Origin: Lama guanicoe
Taxonomy: Eukaryota
Assembly: GCA_013239625.1 (NCBI GenBank)
Contig: MU056277.1
Location: 1,466,076-1,530,075 of the forward strand
DNA: 64,000 bases
Direction: 5' to 3'
Both the position numbers and the translations under genes were made by a program. Below the pieces are notes generated by a model. The model saw only the letters and a list, made by a program, of their open reading frames with translations, had not been told where the DNA came from and made no database searches. Positions 61,811 through 64,000 of this stretch are shown here, one piece after another (position 1 is the stretch's first letter; each line of letters starts with the position of its first letter).

Positions 61811-63409
61811 TGGCTGTTCTGTGTGGAGCTCTGGTGCCCCACTTTCAGTGACCTGTTCCAGGTTTTGGAGGTGGCTCTCTGTTTCACGGTTACATGCCGT
61901 CTTTGACTGAGGAGAGCCGTTCTGACGGGTGTGAAGAGGAAACCGATGGTGCTGTCCGACCAGGGTCACCCCAGAGGAGGGAAGAGGCTCCAGTTCTTGT
62001 CATACTTGAAGGAGAAGAATTCAGGTGGGAGACAGCGTTGTGTAGTGAACGATTTGAGAGGACTTCCTGGCAAAGGGAGAGCGCATCTCCGAGAGCCGGC
62101 GGGCTGATCTGAGGGCGGTGGCAGTGGTCTCTGTCCCTCCTCTTATGCCCTCGCTTAGAGGTGGCCTCTTGAATGACTGATGGCCCCTGTCCCTGGAACC
62201 CTCAGTCATGCCCGTCCCCCTTTCTGCATGTCCTCACCCATGATGCCCACAGGAGACCCCTGGGGAGCCTACGCCGCAATGCTGGCCATATTACAGTGAG
62301 CGCTGGGTCACGGTCGGTTAGGTCCTTGTTGCTGCTGCGCGGTTGTGGCTGTCGGGTTCTAACGGGTTTCTTGCTGGCGCTCACTTAGAGGAAGTAAAGT
62401 TGCTTTATGCTGGAGGCCGGCACACTGCCGTCTTCTGGGCCCTCCTCCCTCCCCTCCACCTTATCTGCCCAGTGCCCCCACCTGTCTAACCACCTAACAC
62501 TAGGGATCACGTAGTTGGTCAGTCGGGGGATGAGCCAGGCTGTCGGTCATCCGAGTGGATGGTTTCCTCACAGAAGGGCAGGTCACCCCGAACTTGACGT
62601 GGTGCCTGCAATGCGCTGACCGGCCCCAGCACCGCCTGTTCACCAGCTGATGGGTGACGTGGGTGCAGGAGTGAAGGGCCCCTGGAATGCCTAATGACCA
62701 CGGTCAGTGTGCAATCTGCGGAGGTCAGAATAAACAGAAACTTAGAACCTGTCCCACTGCTTTGCTTTCCCACAGCCTGTGCATCAGAACAATGCGACTT
62801 CACCATTTGGAACCTAAGTTAGGATCTAAGTTCCAGGTTACCCCCAGCCAGAGTGTGGCTGCCTCTCTCCTCACGTACCGTGAGCACAGTGTTGATGGTT
62901 GGCTTCCCCGGTCAGTGGCTTGGGTTCAGCATGTCCGCTGTACTTGAAAAGTTTGTATTCCTTTACATTCGGGCCAATTACGGAGAGACCAGCTAGCCAG
63001 ACCATGACGTTGGGCACATCTTGTCATGTAAACTGAGGCGGCCTTTTCCTGCGCACTTTCAAGTATAATCTGGTGATCTGGTAAATTCTCCCTCCAGTGA
63101 AACCCTGATTTCAGCGAATATAAAAGGAAGTGCAGCAGCAAGGGTGTGCTTAGAGGCCGTGCTAGGAAAGAAGAGCGTCTCTGCTCAGACTGGCACTTGG
63201 TCCTGCCCAGACTTGGTGTCCTGAGTTGTGCTGACATTAAAGATTTCAGCCTAGACGTCTTCCCGTTCAGTGACTCGAAATTAGTGAAGATCATCCTGCC
63301 CTCACAGAGGCTTTTATTTGATGGGAGAAGGAACAGCCGGGAAGGGCTGGAAGGCGTTCCCTGGACCTCCCAGTGACTGCTGCTCGGATGAGGGTGTTCG
63401 ATTCGCAGC

Positions 63410-64000
63410 AGTTATGCCAAGGGCATTCTCAGCGGCCTTGGCGTAGAGAATGAGCAGAAGTGGACGTTGAAATAGAACAGAGAGTCCCATTCGCTCTGAA
63501 ATCGGAGGCTTTCAGACCGTTGAGAACAGCATGAGAAGGTGCCAGAAGGGGGCAAAGCGCTGTGAGCAGGAAGGGGAGAAGGAAAAATTGAGGCGGAGGA
63601 GCTGGGCCTCGCATTAGAGGAGGGTCCAGTGAGAAAGTGAGGAGAGTTAATTACAGGAAAAACCAGACGTGGGACTAGTGTGCAGAGCTGCAGTGTGCTG
63701 CGTAGACAGAGGATCAGTGGGACCTCTGTAGGGTGGACGCGCGTGGCCGGAGGGCTGAGCAGCACCAAGGACAGCGGGAGAAGAGCCTCCCGAGGGGCTG
63801 GTGGCCCCCACGCAGCATGGCCAGCTCAGCCGACAAGTGGGCACCGGGCTGCAGGGAGGACCAGGGGTGACGGGAGAGGGGCAGCGGGAGCACCTGAGAC
63901 GCAGCAGGACAGGGGTGCTCTGTGGGGGCCGGGAGCTGGAAAGGAAGGAAGAGGCTGTTGGAAACATCGAGAGACGTATGTCTACAATGAAACTGGAGGA
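63410..64000 (-). mobile_element. L2 ORF2 region remnant
   Basis: Purine-rich 'agagtcccattcgctctgaaatcggaggctttcagaccgttgagaacagc' resembles antisense L2 'aagtgtccattggatttggcaa..ggaggtcattggtgaccttg..gagagcag'. Confidence 0.55.

Noticed and set aside
1-64000. Naming the host gene
   Set aside because: No exon is present, so candidate loci rest on architecture only.

Overview
This is vertebrate, not microbial, DNA: a GC/CpG-rich, apparently non-coding placental-mammal locus. A cetartiodactyl-type L1 3' end and the lack of recognisable ruminant, cetacean, pig, primate, rodent or carnivore SINEs suggest a camelid or similar species (inference). I found no credible protein-coding exon. The listed ORFs are chance products of high GC or degraded L1 ORF2 remnants. 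The window holds old interspersed repeats (L1M, L2, MIR, MLT1, an ERVL-type LTR, MER20, MER58A, MER5, Tigger1), two short minisatellites and many AT-rich islands dense in homeodomain/TALE/FOX/SOX motifs that look like conserved developmental enhancers. The most notable observation is three odd-length N-runs (138, 148 and 172 nt) lying in the cores of the strongest enhancer-like islands, inside a ~10 kb nearly transposon-free stretch. They may be highly conserved elements that were masked. Repeat orientation suggests a long intron of a + strand gene within a genomic regulatory block. The host gene cannot be identified from sequence alone. Repeat family names come from recalled consensus similarity, boundaries are approximate, and conservation was not computed.
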